This document shows positions 23,853-33,983 of a stretch of DNA of 64,000 nucleotides, piece by piece. The notes beneath the pieces are model-generated. The model worked only from the letters and a program-made list of their open reading frames with translations, searched no databases and was not told where the DNA came from. Every line of letters starts with the position of its first letter. Position 1 is the stretch's first letter. The stretch lies in contig OZ251997.1 in the NCBI GenBank assembly GCA_965247095.1, positions 1,312,001-1,376,000 of the forward strand. The letters are read 5' to 3'. Both the position numbers and the translations under genes were made by a program. Source of the stretch: Candidatus Multivorans sp. GTDB taxonomy: Bacteria > Acidobacteriota > Thermoanaerobaculia > Multivoradales > Multivoraceae.

Positions 23853-23971
23853 GAGCGGAGTCTACGCGGGCGGGGGCCGGGAAGCGTTCGCGGCCGGGAA
23901 CTCGCTAAGGTACCGCTTCCGCAAGATCCGAAGAGACACCGGAACACGACGCCGACACCCCAGGAGCCGCC

Positions 23972-25594
23972 ATGACCGACAGCACGATGATGGACTTCCC
24001 GTTGACGATCCGCATGATCTTCGATCACGGCCGCCGGGTCTACGCAGACAGTCGCGTGATCACCTGCCAAGCGGACGGCGCGCGGATCGGCACCTACGCC
24101 GAGGTCGCGGACCACGCCGCGCAGCTCGCCCACGCGCTGAAGGACTTGGGGATAGAACCGGGCGACCGCGTCGGCACCTTCGCCTGGAACAACCAGGAGC
24201 ACATGGAGGCGTACTTCGCGATTCCCTGCATGGGCGCCGTCCTGCACACCCTGAACATCCGCCTGTTCCCGGAACAGTTGACCTACGTCACGAACCACGC
24301 CGAGGACCGCGTCGTGATCGTCGACGACTCCCTGATTCCGCTGCTGGCCCAGGTCGCCGCCGACCTGACCACGGTGGAGCACTTCATCGTGGTCGGCGAC
24401 GGCGACGCTTCGGCGCTCGCCGCGGGAGGCGCCGCCATCCACCGCTACCACGATCTGCTCGAAGGCAAACCGACCACCTTCGACTGGCCGGAGATCGACG
24501 AGCGGGCCGCGTGCGCGATGTGCTACACGAGCGGCACCACCGGCAACCCGAAGGGCGTCGCATACAGCCACCGGTCGTCCTTCCTGCACGCGCTCGGCGT
24601 CGCCTCGGGCGGCGCGCTGGGCATCAGCCAGCAGGACAGCATCCTGGCCATCGTACCGATGTTCCACGCCAACGCCTGGGGCCTGCCCCACGTCGGCTGG
24701 TTCACCGGCGCCGACTTCGTGATGCCCGACCGTTTCCTGCAGGCGGAACCCCTGTGCCGGATCATCGCCGAGCACCGGCCGACCCTCTCGGGCGCGGTGC
24801 CGACGATCTGGAACGAGGTCCTGCGCTACTCCGAGAACCACGAAGTGGACTTCTCCTCGTTCCGCGCCGTCCTGTGCGGCGGCTCGGCCGTGCCGCGCTC
24901 CCTGATCGAGGGTTTCCGGGATCGCTTCGGCGTCGACATCATCCAGGGCTGGGGGATGACCGAGACCTCGCCCCTCGCCGCGATGGCGATTCCCCCACGC
25001 GGCACGCCCCGCGAAGAAGAGGTCGACTGGCGGGTGAAGACCGGCCGTATCATCTCCGGCGTCGAAATCCGGATCACGAACGACGCCGGCGAGGTCATGC
25101 CCTGGGACGGCGAAGCGGTCGGCGAGATCGAGATCCGTGGCCCCTGGATCACCGGCTCGTACTACCTGGACGACGACCCCGAGAAGTTCCACGACGGCTG
25201 GCTGCGGACCGGCGACGTCGCCTCGATCGACCCACTCGGGTTCGTCCAGATCACCGACCGGGCCAAGGACGTGATCAAGTCCGGCGGCGAGTGGATCTCC
25301 TCGGTCGATCTCGAGAACGAGCTGATGGGCCACCCCGCCGTTGCCGAAGCCGCCGTCGTCGGCGTGCCGGACGACCGCTGGGACGAGCGGCCGCTCGCCT
25401 GCGTGGTGCTCAACGACGGCGCCGACGCCGACCCCGGCGAACTCCGGAGCTACCTCGCCGACCGCGTCGCCCGCTGGTGGGTCCCCGAGCGCTGGACCTT
25501 CATCGACGAGGTGCCGAAGACCAGCGTCGGCAAGTTCGACAAGAAGGTCCTGCGCGCGCGGTACGGGGACGGAGACCTGGACGTGGTGACCTAG
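23972..25594 (+). CDS. Fatty acid-CoA ligase (AlkK/DmdB-like)
   Basis: [44 protein letters not shown]. Confidence 0.94.
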   Translation: MTDSTMMDFPLTIRMIFDHGRRVYADSRVITCQADGARIGTYAEVADHAAQLAHALKDLGIEPGDRVGTFAWNNQEHMEAYFAIPCMGAVLHTLNIRLFPEQLTYVTNHAEDRVVIVDDSLIPLLAQVAADLTTVEHFIVVGDGDASALAAGGAAIHRYHDLLEGKPTTFDWPEIDERAACAMCYTSGTTGNPKGVAYSHRSSFLHALGVASGGALGISQQDSILAIVPMFHANAWGLPHVGWFTGADFVMPDRFLQAEPLCRIIAEHRPTLSGAVPTIWNEVLRYSENHEVDFSSFRAVLCGGSAVPRSLIEGFRDRFGVDIIQGWGMTETSPLAAMAIPPRGTPREEEVDWRVKTGRIISGVEIRITNDAGEVMPWDGEAVGEIEIRGPWITGSYYLDDDPEKFHDGWLRTGDVASIDPLGFVQITDRAKDVIKSGGEWISSVDLENELMGHPAVAEAAVVGVPDDRWDERPLACVVLNDGADADPGELRSYLADRVARWWVPERWTFIDEVPKTSVGKFDKKVLRARYGDGDLDVVT

Positions 25595-25618
25595 TCGGCC
25601 GCTCTGGCGCGCAAGCTC

Positions 25619-26497
25619 CTAGTCCGACGACACGCCCAGGTGCTCGTTGAACCAGGCCACGAGCGCGCTCGCGGCGCGCTGGCCGTTCTCGCCGCCGAAG
25701 CCGTGGCCGGCGCCCTCGATCACGATCAGCTCGGAGGTCACGTTCGCCTCGTCGAAGGCGGCCTTGATCCGCTCGCTGTTGGCGAGCGGCACGAGTTGGT
25801 CGGCATCGCCGTGGACGAGCAGGGTCGGTGGATCGTCCTCGCTGACGAACAGGACCGGTGAGATGGCGGTCGCCTTCTCCGCGTCGAAATCGAGTGCCGG
25901 GAAGCGCTCGTTCGGGCCGGTAAGCCCCTGCAGGTCGACCGGCGGGAAGTAGGCGACCACCGCGGCGACGCGGTTTCCGGTCTGTTCGATGGGATCCTTG
26001 CTCTCTGCGTTCCCCTCGTCCGAGGCGTTGCCGAGCATCAGGGACAGGTGGCCCCCGGCGCTGCCGCCGGTCACACCCAACCGGTCCGGGTCGACGCCGA
26101 AATCGTCCGCGTTGAGGCGAACGTAGCGGACCGCGCGACGCACGTCGGCGACCGCCTCCGGCACCTTGAACAGCGGGGCCGAGCCGTGGCGGACCATGAA
26201 CACGGCGTAGCCGTTGTCCAGGAGATCGCCGATCGCGCCGGCCCGGCGACTGTCACCGGACACGATGCGGTGCGGGTCGTTCCAGCGGGAGAACCAGCCG
26301 CCGCTGACCATGAACAGCACGCCGGCGCCGTTCTGATCCGCCGGCACGAGTGCATCGAAGGTCAGGGCCATGCCCATCTTGTGGCCGTAGACCACGTCGG
26401 CGTGGACTTCGGTGTCGCCGCCGGCCGACAGCGGCGCGGCGAGGAGGGCCGCGACGATCGCGGCAGCGAGTAGGTGCTTCACGAGTGTCTGTTTCAT
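25619..26497 (-). CDS. Secreted alpha/beta hydrolase (esterase)
   Basis: Signal peptide, GGSAGG nucleophile elbow, HGDAD, GAGHG. Confidence 0.88.
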   Translation of the reverse strand: MKQTLVKHLLAAAIVAALLAAPLSAGGDTEVHADVVYGHKMGMALTFDALVPADQNGAGVLFMVSGGWFSRWNDPHRIVSGDSRRAGAIGDLLDNGYAVFMVRHGSAPLFKVPEAVADVRRAVRYVRLNADDFGVDPDRLGVTGGSAGGHLSLMLGNASDEGNAESKDPIEQTGNRVAAVVAYFPPVDLQGLTGPNERFPALDFDAEKATAISPVLFVSEDDPPTLLVHGDADQLVPLANSERIKAAFDEANVTSELIVIEGAGHGFGGENGQRAASALVAWFNEHLGVSSD

Positions 26498-26575
26498 TTG
26501 GGGGTTCTCCATGTTCTCGGTCTGTTCGGGCGGGCGGACGTTCTTCGCTCGGGCCACTACGGTTCACTCAGGCCA

Positions 26576-28255
26576 CTACGGCCGCGCTCCTCCCGCCGTC
26601 TCCTGCAGCGGGCTCTCTGACTGCATCTTGGCGGCGGCAACCATATCCGCCACGTCGGCCAGCAGGGCCTTCGCGTCGAACACGATCCCGTCCTTGATCG
26701 TGTAGCGGACGCCGCCGATTCGCTCGGGCCGTCCCGTCGCATCGTTGAGCCGCACGGCCCCGGTGCCGTAGAGCACCTTCAGGTTGGCGACCGGGTTCTC
26801 GTCGACCACGAGCAGGTCGGCCAGCATGCCCTCGCGCACGATGCCGAACTCCATCTCGGCGCCGCTGGCCCGGGTCAGCTCCTCGGCGCCGTACATGGTC
26901 GCCGAGCGGATGACCTCCAACGGATGGAAGCCGGACTCCTGGAGCAGTTCGAGCTCCAGAATCGTGCCGAAACCGTAGGTCTGGTAGATGAAGCCTGAGT
27001 CCGAACCGATCGTGACCTTGCCGCCCCGGTTCTTGTACTCGTTGAGGAACTGCATCCACACCCGGTAGAAGTTCTTCCACGCCACCTCGTCCCAGGTGGT
27101 CCAGTCGTACCAGTACGAGCCATGGTCCTCGCGGCTGGGGGCGTAGAACTCCGCCAGGGTGGGCAGGGTGTAGTCGGCGTGCCAATCGGCGTTGCGCGCC
27201 CGCATCACGTCGCGGCCGGCCGAGTAGATCGTCATCGTCGGGTTGATGAAGAAGTCGAGTTCGAGGAACTCGTCGAGCAGGGCGTTCCAGCGCTCGCCGC
27301 CGGGCTCGACGAGGCGCCACTGGCGGGCCACCTGGCCGAAGCGGAACTGCTCGTCCGTGTAGTTCATCTGCGCCGGCCAGGGCTGGACATCGGCGCCGTC
27401 GTACATCGACTCGAACAGGCCGTAGAAGTGGGTCATCCCGACCAGGCCGAGCCGCGCGGCGTCGAGCGCGTTCATCTGCGCCACGCCCATCTGGTCGAGA
27501 TGGGCCGTCGAGCCCAGGCCCAGGCTGCCCGCCTCGTCGAGGAGCGCAGCCATGATCTTCGGCGGGTAGGCGCCGAGCTTCAGCCCGTCCACGCCCTTGC
27601 CGTGGGCGTAACGCACCCACTCGCGCGCGTCGGCGGGAGTGCGGATCTTCCGGTCCTTCCACTCCTTGCCGCCACCGGGACGTTGGTAGGACACCAGACG
27701 CGGCGCCGTGATCTCGTTGTTCTGGCTGCGCTCCTTCTCGCTCAGATCCCATTCCAGCGGCCCCGTCGGCACACCGCGGGCCGTGGTGATGCCGTGAGCG
27801 AGCCACAACTTGTAGACGTACTCGGCCTGCGGCACCTTGGGCATGCCGCCGGTATGCACGTGGAGATCGACCAGGCCCGGCATGACGAAGGAACCGGCGA
27901 GGTCCAGCTCGCGGTCGGCGTCCTTCGGCCGCTTGTCCTCGTCGATTTCGGCGTTCGGCATCCCGATGCTCTTGATCTCCGCGATCCGGTTGCCCTCGAT
28001 CACGACATCGACAGGCCCCATGGGCGGCGCCCCGGCGCCGTTGATCACCGTGACCCCGCGCAGAATCAAGCGGTCGAAGGGACCCTCTCCCTCGTCGTCG
28101 GGCCGCGGCGGCGCCGGCTCGACCAGTTTCTCCTCTTCGTCCTCGTCATCGGCAGCCGCCAGCGGCGCAGCCGCCGCCGAGATAGCGACCAGAACGGCCA
28201 GTCCGAAGCCGAACAAACGCCTCCAGGGCGAGAGATCCAAACTCAACTGGGACAT
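26576..28255 (-). CDS. Secreted amidohydrolase family protein
   Basis: Signal peptide, MPGLVDLHVH, IGSDSG, GMLADLLVVDENP. Confidence 0.9.
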   Translation of the reverse strand: MSQLSLDLSPWRRLFGFGLAVLVAISAAAAPLAAADDEDEEEKLVEPAPPRPDDEGEGPFDRLILRGVTVINGAGAPPMGPVDVVIEGNRIAEIKSIGMPNAEIDEDKRPKDADRELDLAGSFVMPGLVDLHVHTGGMPKVPQAEYVYKLWLAHGITTARGVPTGPLEWDLSEKERSQNNEITAPRLVSYQRPGGGKEWKDRKIRTPADAREWVRYAHGKGVDGLKLGAYPPKIMAALLDEAGSLGLGSTAHLDQMGVAQMNALDAARLGLVGMTHFYGLFESMYDGADVQPWPAQMNYTDEQFRFGQVARQWRLVEPGGERWNALLDEFLELDFFINPTMTIYSAGRDVMRARNADWHADYTLPTLAEFYAPSREDHGSYWYDWTTWDEVAWKNFYRVWMQFLNEYKNRGGKVTIGSDSGFIYQTYGFGTILELELLQESGFHPLEVIRSATMYGAEELTRASGAEMEFGIVREGMLADLLVVDENPVANLKVLYGTGAVRLNDATGRPERIGGVRYTIKDGIVFDAKALLADVADMVAAAKMQSESPLQETAGGARP

Positions 28256-28331
28256 GGCTTCTCCTTCCAGTCTTCTAGACCGGGGAATCAAGGGACCGAA
28301 CCTATCGCGGTCCAGGCGGCGACGTTCAGGG

Positions 28332-29333
28332 TCAGGACAGCGAGGGCCGCTCACCGGAATCGACCACAGCACTCAGGTAGAGCAGCGCCTGACCCGGCTG
28401 GGGCGCCTGCACGAGGAGGTCGTGGGTGGCGGCGAGCACGTCCCGCCGGCTGATCTGCCCCACCAGCTTGCGGTCCTTGAGTACCGGCAGCCGGCGATAC
28501 GGAGTGCTCTTGAAGATGCGCGCGATGCTCAAGAGATCCGTGTCCTCGGAGATCGTACGGGCTTTGCGGTCCATGAAGGCAGAGGCGTCGGTGGAGTCGA
28601 GCTCGAAGTCTCCGGAGTCCCCTTCCTCGTCCTCCGCCAGATCCTCCAGGCCGAGTTCGCTGCTGCGCTCGCGCAGAATCGAGCGCCGGCCGTCCAGCGC
28701 CGATGTCAGGTGGTGCGACGCCGCGAGCACGTCGCGGCGACTCACCTGACCAACAAGCGCGCCGTCCCGGACCACCGGCAAACGGCGGTACGGCGTGTCG
28801 AGAAAGCGCTGGGCGATCTCCAGCAGCGGCTCGGAGCCGTCGATCACGCGGCCGAAGTCCGTGTTCATGAAGGCGTCGACGGGCGCCGCCGGCAACTGGT
28901 CATAGGCTAGCCCCAGCAGAACCTCCATCGAGAACTTCTCGGAAAAAACACCCAGCAAGCGGCCGTTCTTATCGACGACCGGCGCACCCGAAATCCGGTT
29001 CTTCAGCAGCAGGGCGATCGCATCCAACGCGGACATTCCTGCCTGAAGCGTGACCAGGCGAGTGGCCATGAAGTCCCGCGCCCGGGTACGGCGGCTCGTC
29101 GCCAGTCCCCGCTCGTCGGCGGCCCGCGCGGTCACCGTCAGCACGGTGAGGCAGCTCTTCTCGGACAACATACCGAGATAGCGGTGCCGCTCGCCGATCA
29201 CGGGCGCGCCCGTAATCCGATGCCGCAGCAGTGCCGCGATGCAGTCGTAGACGTGGGTGCGCGGATGCACGGTGACCAGCTTCGTCACCATGATGTCCCG
29301 CGCAAGCTTCGGCTTGTCGATCACTCTGTCCAT
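28332..29333 (-). CDS. Four-CBS-domain protein
   Basis: Two GAPV..LG..SEK repeats followed by two PYRRLPV..LVGQ.SRRDVLAA repeats. Confidence 0.9.
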   Translation of the reverse strand: MDRVIDKPKLARDIMVTKLVTVHPRTHVYDCIAALLRHRITGAPVIGERHRYLGMLSEKSCLTVLTVTARAADERGLATSRRTRARDFMATRLVTLQAGMSALDAIALLLKNRISGAPVVDKNGRLLGVFSEKFSMEVLLGLAYDQLPAAPVDAFMNTDFGRVIDGSEPLLEIAQRFLDTPYRRLPVVRDGALVGQVSRRDVLAASHHLTSALDGRRSILRERSSELGLEDLAEDEEGDSGDFELDSTDASAFMDRKARTISEDTDLLSIARIFKSTPYRRLPVLKDRKLVGQISRRDVLAATHDLLVQAPQPGQALLYLSAVVDSGERPSLS

Positions 29334-29453
29334 CGGAAACCTTGATCGTAGCAGCGACGCCCCGCTGGAGGTCGTCGAGGTACAGCCAGGGCCTGCTAGG
29401 GTTGTTCGCTCTCAAGAGCCGAGAATCCACAGCCAGTCCGAGGAGAGAGTTCC

Positions 29454-30770
29454 ATGTTTCGTTCCACCACCCTGCCCCGCCTCCTGACCGCGCTCCTTGC
29501 GATCGCATTCCTGAGTCTCGGCCTCACCGCCTGTGCCCAGACCCGCGCCGACGTTCCGGTTCAGAGTCCCCGCGACCTGGCAACGGCGACGCCGGAGAGC
29601 GTCGGCATGTCGAGCGAGCGGCTCGAGCGCCTGAACGAAGGGATGCAGGATCTCGTCGACGACGGCCTGCTCGCCGGCATCACGACGATGATCGCGCGCC
29701 ACGGCAAGATCGCCCACTTCGGCGCCTTCGGACACCAGGACATCGAAGCCGGCGTCGAGATGAACGAGGACACGATCTTCCGCATCTACTCGATGACCAA
29801 ACCGATCACCGGCGTCGCCCTGATGATCCTCTACGAGGAAGGCAAGTTCCGGCTCTCCGACCCGGTCCACCGCTACATCCCCGAGTTCGAGGGCCTGGTC
29901 GTCGCCGCCGGCGAGGGTCCGAACGGCCCGATCACGGAAGAGGCCGACCACCCGATGACGATCCGCGAGCTGATGAGCCACACCGCGGGCCTCTCCTACG
30001 GCATCTTCTCCCAGTCCCAGGTCGACGCGATGTACAGGGAGGCGGGCATCATCACCAACCCGGACCACACCCTCAAGGACATGATCGACGAGCTCGCGAA
30101 GATCCCCTTGCTCTACCAGCCAGGCTCGACGTGGCACTACAGCGTCGCGGTCGACGTCCAGGGCTACCTGGTCGAGGTGCTTTCCGGCCAGCCGTTCGAC
30201 GAGTTCTTGGGCGAGCGCGTGTTCGGTCCGTTGGGCATGAACGACTCGGCCTTCCACGTCGCCGCCGACAAGGCGGACCGCTTCTCCCAGGTCTACACCC
30301 ACGATGAGGACGGCAACCTGTTGGCCCAGGAGGGCTTCGGCGGCCGCCGCGACTACCTCGACCCGCCCGCATTCCTCTCCGGCGGCGGCGGTCTGGTGTC
30401 CACGACGATGGACTACATGCGGTTCAGCCAGATGATGCTCAACGGCGGCGAACTGGACGGCGTGCGCATCCTCGCGCCCTCGACGGTCAAGCTGATGCAC
30501 CTCAACCACCTGCCGCGCGAACTCAAGGAGATGTCGCCGGGCACCGGCTTCGGCCTCGACTTCGCCGTCGTCCTCGACCCCGTCGCCGCCGACGGCATCT
30601 CCAAGGGCGAGTACTGGTGGGGCGGCGCCGCCGGCACCTGGTTCTGGATCGACCCGAAGGAAGACCTCGTCTTCGTCGGCATGATCCAGCACTTCGGCCC
30701 CCGCCGTCCGGACGTCCGCTCCCTGAGCCGCCGTCTCACCTACCAGGCAATCCTCGAACCGAGCTCGTAG
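29454..30770 (+). CDS. Serine hydrolase, beta-lactamase class C-like, exported
   Basis: FRIYSMTK (SxxK), LMSHTAG, PGSTWHYS, WGGAAGT, N-terminal signal (possible lipobox LTAC). Confidence 0.92.
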   Translation: MFRSTTLPRLLTALLAIAFLSLGLTACAQTRADVPVQSPRDLATATPESVGMSSERLERLNEGMQDLVDDGLLAGITTMIARHGKIAHFGAFGHQDIEAGVEMNEDTIFRIYSMTKPITGVALMILYEEGKFRLSDPVHRYIPEFEGLVVAAGEGPNGPITEEADHPMTIRELMSHTAGLSYGIFSQSQVDAMYREAGIITNPDHTLKDMIDELAKIPLLYQPGSTWHYSVAVDVQGYLVEVLSGQPFDEFLGERVFGPLGMNDSAFHVAADKADRFSQVYTHDEDGNLLAQEGFGGRRDYLDPPAFLSGGGGLVSTTMDYMRFSQMMLNGGELDGVRILAPSTVKLMHLNHLPRELKEMSPGTGFGLDFAVVLDPVAADGISKGEYWWGGAAGTWFWIDPKEDLVFVGMIQHFGPRRPDVRSLSRRLTYQAILEPSS

Positions 30771-30811
30771 CCGGGCGGGCAGCGTCCGCCCAACCTTCGC
30801 TAGGTCGAAAC

Positions 30812-30971
30812 GTGTCGCCGGCCGGCCGTCAAGCCACTTGGCGAAGCGCCCGAGCGCCGCCCGGTAGTCCTTGGCGGTGTTGGGTGCGATCGAGGCTTCG
30901 AGCGCGGCGCCGACGCGGCGGACGTCGCCGGCGGTGAGCTCGGCCGCGGCGGTGGGTTCGAGCTGGCTCAC
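30812..30971 (-). pseudogene. N-terminal fragment of a tyrosine recombinase/integrase
   Basis: VSQLEPT..ALEASIAPNTAKDYRAALGRFAKWLDGRPA resembles an integrase core-binding N-terminus. No catalytic domain follows. Confidence 0.55.
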
Positions 30972-31026
30972 GGTGGGTTCCCGGGGGTGTGGCGCTGCGA
31001 TTCTGGCGCGGATCGTAGGCGCGAAC

Positions 31027-31236
31027 ATGCGGGAGCTCCGGGTCACCACACGTCCTCCCATTCGTGTCTTCTATGCCTTCGACCCGCGGCGATCCGCTAT
31101 CCTCCTCATCGGTGGTCACAAGACGAGCAACGACCGCTTCTACCGTGATCTCGTTCACCGCGCAGACGCGCTCTATGACGAGCACCTCCACGAACTGAGT
31201 CTCGAAGGCTCCGACGAGCAAGGACCTGACCGATGA
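31027..31236 (+). pseudogene. RelE/HigB (Gp49-like) toxin, C-terminal half only
   Basis: NMRELRV..PIRVFYAFDPRRSAILLIGG.K...RFY...ADALYDEHL. The N-terminal half is not recognisable upstream. Confidence 0.75.
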
Positions 31237-31451
31237 GCGGACGCCACCCCTGGAACACTCTTCTCGAACGCACGTTCAGCCCCGAAGAACGCACCGAGAT
31301 CGCGCGCGAGGGGGCGAAGATCGCCGCTGACAATCGTCGGCGGCGGAACCCTCCGGCCGGCCGTAGCTCATCGCCGCAGCCGCAACCCCGGCCACGCCGC
31401 CCGGCTGCCGAACGCGCCGCGCTCTCACCAAACCGGAGCGACCGCGCGTAA
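31233..31451 (+). pseudogene. Antitoxin-like ORF lacking the HTH
   Basis: ATGA overlap with the toxin stop. MSGRHPWNTLL..FSPEERTEI is antitoxin-like, then a low-complexity tail. Confidence 0.5.
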
Positions 31452-31621
31452 GCCTCAACCGAGACGACAGCCGGGTCGCGCGCCAGGTAGCTGAGCAGCC
31501 CGGGCAGCCGACCCGCCGACGCTCATCGGCTTCCCGGTCCACGAGGCGTTCGCGGTCGCTCTCGACCTGGTGTCGGCCCGAACGTCCGCGATGTCCGCCT
31601 TGGTGGCGGTGCCCTTGATCG

Positions 31622-32869
31622 CTAGCGCTTTGCTTTCTTGCCGAACATGATGCCGGCGACGCGGCGGATCTGGATTTCTTCGGAGCCTTCGGTGATGCGG
31701 TAGCGGCGGTGGTGGCGGTAGATGTGCTCGAAGGGTTTGTGGCGGGTGTAGCCGATGCCGCCGTGGACCTGGATGGCGCGGTCGGCGGCGTTGCAGACGA
31801 GGCGGTTTGCGCGGTAGTTGCACATGGAGACCTTGTCGGTGACCTCCATGTGGTGCTGCTGGTCGAGTTCCCAGGCCGTCTTGTAGACGAGGTTCCGCAC
31901 CATCTCGCATTCGGTCTGCAGTTCGGCGAGCGGGAACTGGATCGCCTGGTTGAGCCATAGCGGCTTGCCGAAGACCGTCCGCTCGCGGGCGTATTCGATG
32001 CTGCGGTCGATGCAGTACTGCGCGGCGCCGACGCCGGAGGCGGCCTGGCGGATGCGATTCTCGTGGACGAAGGTCTGCGCCAGGGCGAGGCCACGGCCCT
32101 CCTCGCCGAGGATGGCGTCGTTCGGCGCCCGCACCGCGGAGAGCGACACCTCGGCGTGATCCGTCGGCATGTTGAAGGTCCACCACATGAAGGGGATCTC
32201 GAAGCCCGGCGAGTCGGTCGGCACGATGAAGCAGGTCACGCCGTCCGCCTGCCCGGGGTCGCCGGAGGTGCGGGCGAAGATCAGGTCGTGGGTGGCGGCG
32301 TGCAGGCCCGAGTTGAAGCGCTTGCCGCCGTCGATGATCCAGTCGTCGCCGTCGCGGACGGCCGCGGTCTCGAGCCAGGTGGCGTCGGAACCGTGGTTCG
32401 GCTCGGTCAGGCCGAAGCCCATCTTCACCGCGCCGGTCATCATGCCCTCCATGAATTGCGCCTTCTGGGAGGGCGTCCCGAAGCGGTGCATCATGATCAC
32501 GGTCGGGAAGTTGCCGACGATCGAGGACTCATTCTGGAGGTCGTTGTGCAGGCCCAGGCCCTTGGCGGCCAGGTGCTCGCGGATCACCGCCATCGCCAGA
32601 TTCGAGCCGTCCTGGCCCCCCAGCTCCCGCGGCAGACCGAAGCGCAGGTGGCCGGCGGCGTCGGCGCGCCGTTTCATCTCCCGCAGCAGCGCTTCCCACT
32701 CGGGCCGCGGCGTGCCGTCGTTGTCGAAGTCCGTGCGCGCCCACTCGCGGCGCTGATCGAAGAAACGGATGTTGTCGTCCTGCCGCTCAAGGGGCTTGAT
32801 CTCGCGCTCGATGAAGTAATCGAGCTCGGTCAGCTTGTCGCGAATGTCCTGGGGGATCTCGAAGTCCAT
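31622..32869 (-). CDS. Acyl-CoA dehydrogenase
   Basis: FGLTEPNHGSD, QVHGGIGY, RITEGSEEI. Confidence 0.93.
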   Translation of the reverse strand: MDFEIPQDIRDKLTELDYFIEREIKPLERQDDNIRFFDQRREWARTDFDNDGTPRPEWEALLREMKRRADAAGHLRFGLPRELGGQDGSNLAMAVIREHLAAKGLGLHNDLQNESSIVGNFPTVIMMHRFGTPSQKAQFMEGMMTGAVKMGFGLTEPNHGSDATWLETAAVRDGDDWIIDGGKRFNSGLHAATHDLIFARTSGDPGQADGVTCFIVPTDSPGFEIPFMWWTFNMPTDHAEVSLSAVRAPNDAILGEEGRGLALAQTFVHENRIRQAASGVGAAQYCIDRSIEYARERTVFGKPLWLNQAIQFPLAELQTECEMVRNLVYKTAWELDQQHHMEVTDKVSMCNYRANRLVCNAADRAIQVHGGIGYTRHKPFEHIYRHHRRYRITEGSEEIQIRRVAGIMFGKKAKR

Positions 32870-32907
32870 GGTGACTAGCTCCAACCGAGCCGGCCCTGCG
32901 GGCCGGG

Positions 32908-32934
32908 TGCGGGCAGGATGCCCGCGTTCCCAGG
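32908..32934. repeat. REP-like palindrome, copy A
   Basis: TGCGGGCAGGATGCCCGCGTTCCCAGG is the exact reverse complement of 38993-39019. Confidence 0.8.
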
Positions 32935-32972
32935 CGCGGAGCGGCGGGTCGTGCCGCGGCGCGAACTTCCCA

Positions 32973-33887
32973 CTATCCCGCATCCAGGTAGTTGCCGATG
33001 ATCTCCGCCAGACGATCCGGCGCGTCGAAGTGGACCATGTGGCCCGCCTCGGGGATCTCGACGTGGTGAACGTTGCGGAACAGACGGACACGGCGGTCGA
33101 TCTCGTCCGGGGCCGCCGGCGTGTCGTAGTCGATGCCGCCGCGACCGCGGTAGAAGTCGGCCGAGCGGCCTCCCGTGACGACCAGGACCGGGCAGGAAAC
33201 CCAGGGCCAGCGCTCCGCCGCCAACTGCGACGACATCGTGAGCCCGGTCGTCTCGACCTGTGGGTCCCACTTCCACTGCAGGCCGCCGTACGGGTGTTCG
33301 GTTGTGCCGATCTCGACCAGGTGCCGGGCGATATCCGGATCGAGGCCCGGATGGAAGCGGCAGTAGAGCCGCCAGGCGTCGTCCATGTCCATCATCGGCC
33401 GCTTGTGTCCCCCCGGCCGGAGCAGGCTGGTGAAGCCGTTCTGCAGCCGGAGTTGCCGGGACTCGACCGGGATATCGCTTTCGCGGAACGGCGCGCCGAC
33501 GCCGTCGATGTTCACGACGACGCTTGGCACGTCGTTGAACACGGCCGCGTAGTGGCTCACGATGTGGCCGCCCAGGCTGTGGCCGACCAGCACCGGGCGC
33601 TCGAGCTGGAGCTGGAAGATCACCGCGTGGAGATCGGCGATGAAGTGCGGCAGCGCATACACGCCGGGCTTGCCGCTGTTGCCGTGGCCGCGCAGGTCGA
33701 AGGAAACGACCCGGTAGCGGTCCCGGAACTTCTGCGCCAGGGGATCGAATGCCGGCGCCAGGTCCTGAATGCCGTGCAGCAGGACCAGGGGCGGCGCTTC
33801 GGCATTGCCGTAGTCGTAGACCTGCAGCTCGATGCCGCCCGCTCCGGGCAGGCGGAGACTTTCGGGAGGTGAACTGTCCGTTGTCAT
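32973..33887 (-). CDS. Alpha/beta hydrolase
   Basis: LLHG, DLRGHGNS, GHSLGG, AGHMVH. Confidence 0.9.
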   Translation of the reverse strand: MTTDSSPPESLRLPGAGGIELQVYDYGNAEAPPLVLLHGIQDLAPAFDPLAQKFRDRYRVVSFDLRGHGNSGKPGVYALPHFIADLHAVIFQLQLERPVLVGHSLGGHIVSHYAAVFNDVPSVVVNIDGVGAPFRESDIPVESRQLRLQNGFTSLLRPGGHKRPMMDMDDAWRLYCRFHPGLDPDIARHLVEIGTTEHPYGGLQWKWDPQVETTGLTMSSQLAAERWPWVSCPVLVVTGGRSADFYRGRGGIDYDTPAAPDEIDRRVRLFRNVHHVEIPEAGHMVHFDAPDRLAEIIGNYLDAG

Positions 33888-33983
33888 GGGATTGGCGAGG
33901 ATACGCCAAGCGCGGCGAACGGCCCTGACGCAGGCCGGTTATCCTTGCCGCTTCACCAGCAGAAGCCCCGGAGGAGAAACGAA

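Noticed and set aside
29412-31061. 549-aa minus-strand ORF
   Set aside because: Chimera of the integrase fragment and the antisense of the serine hydrolase.
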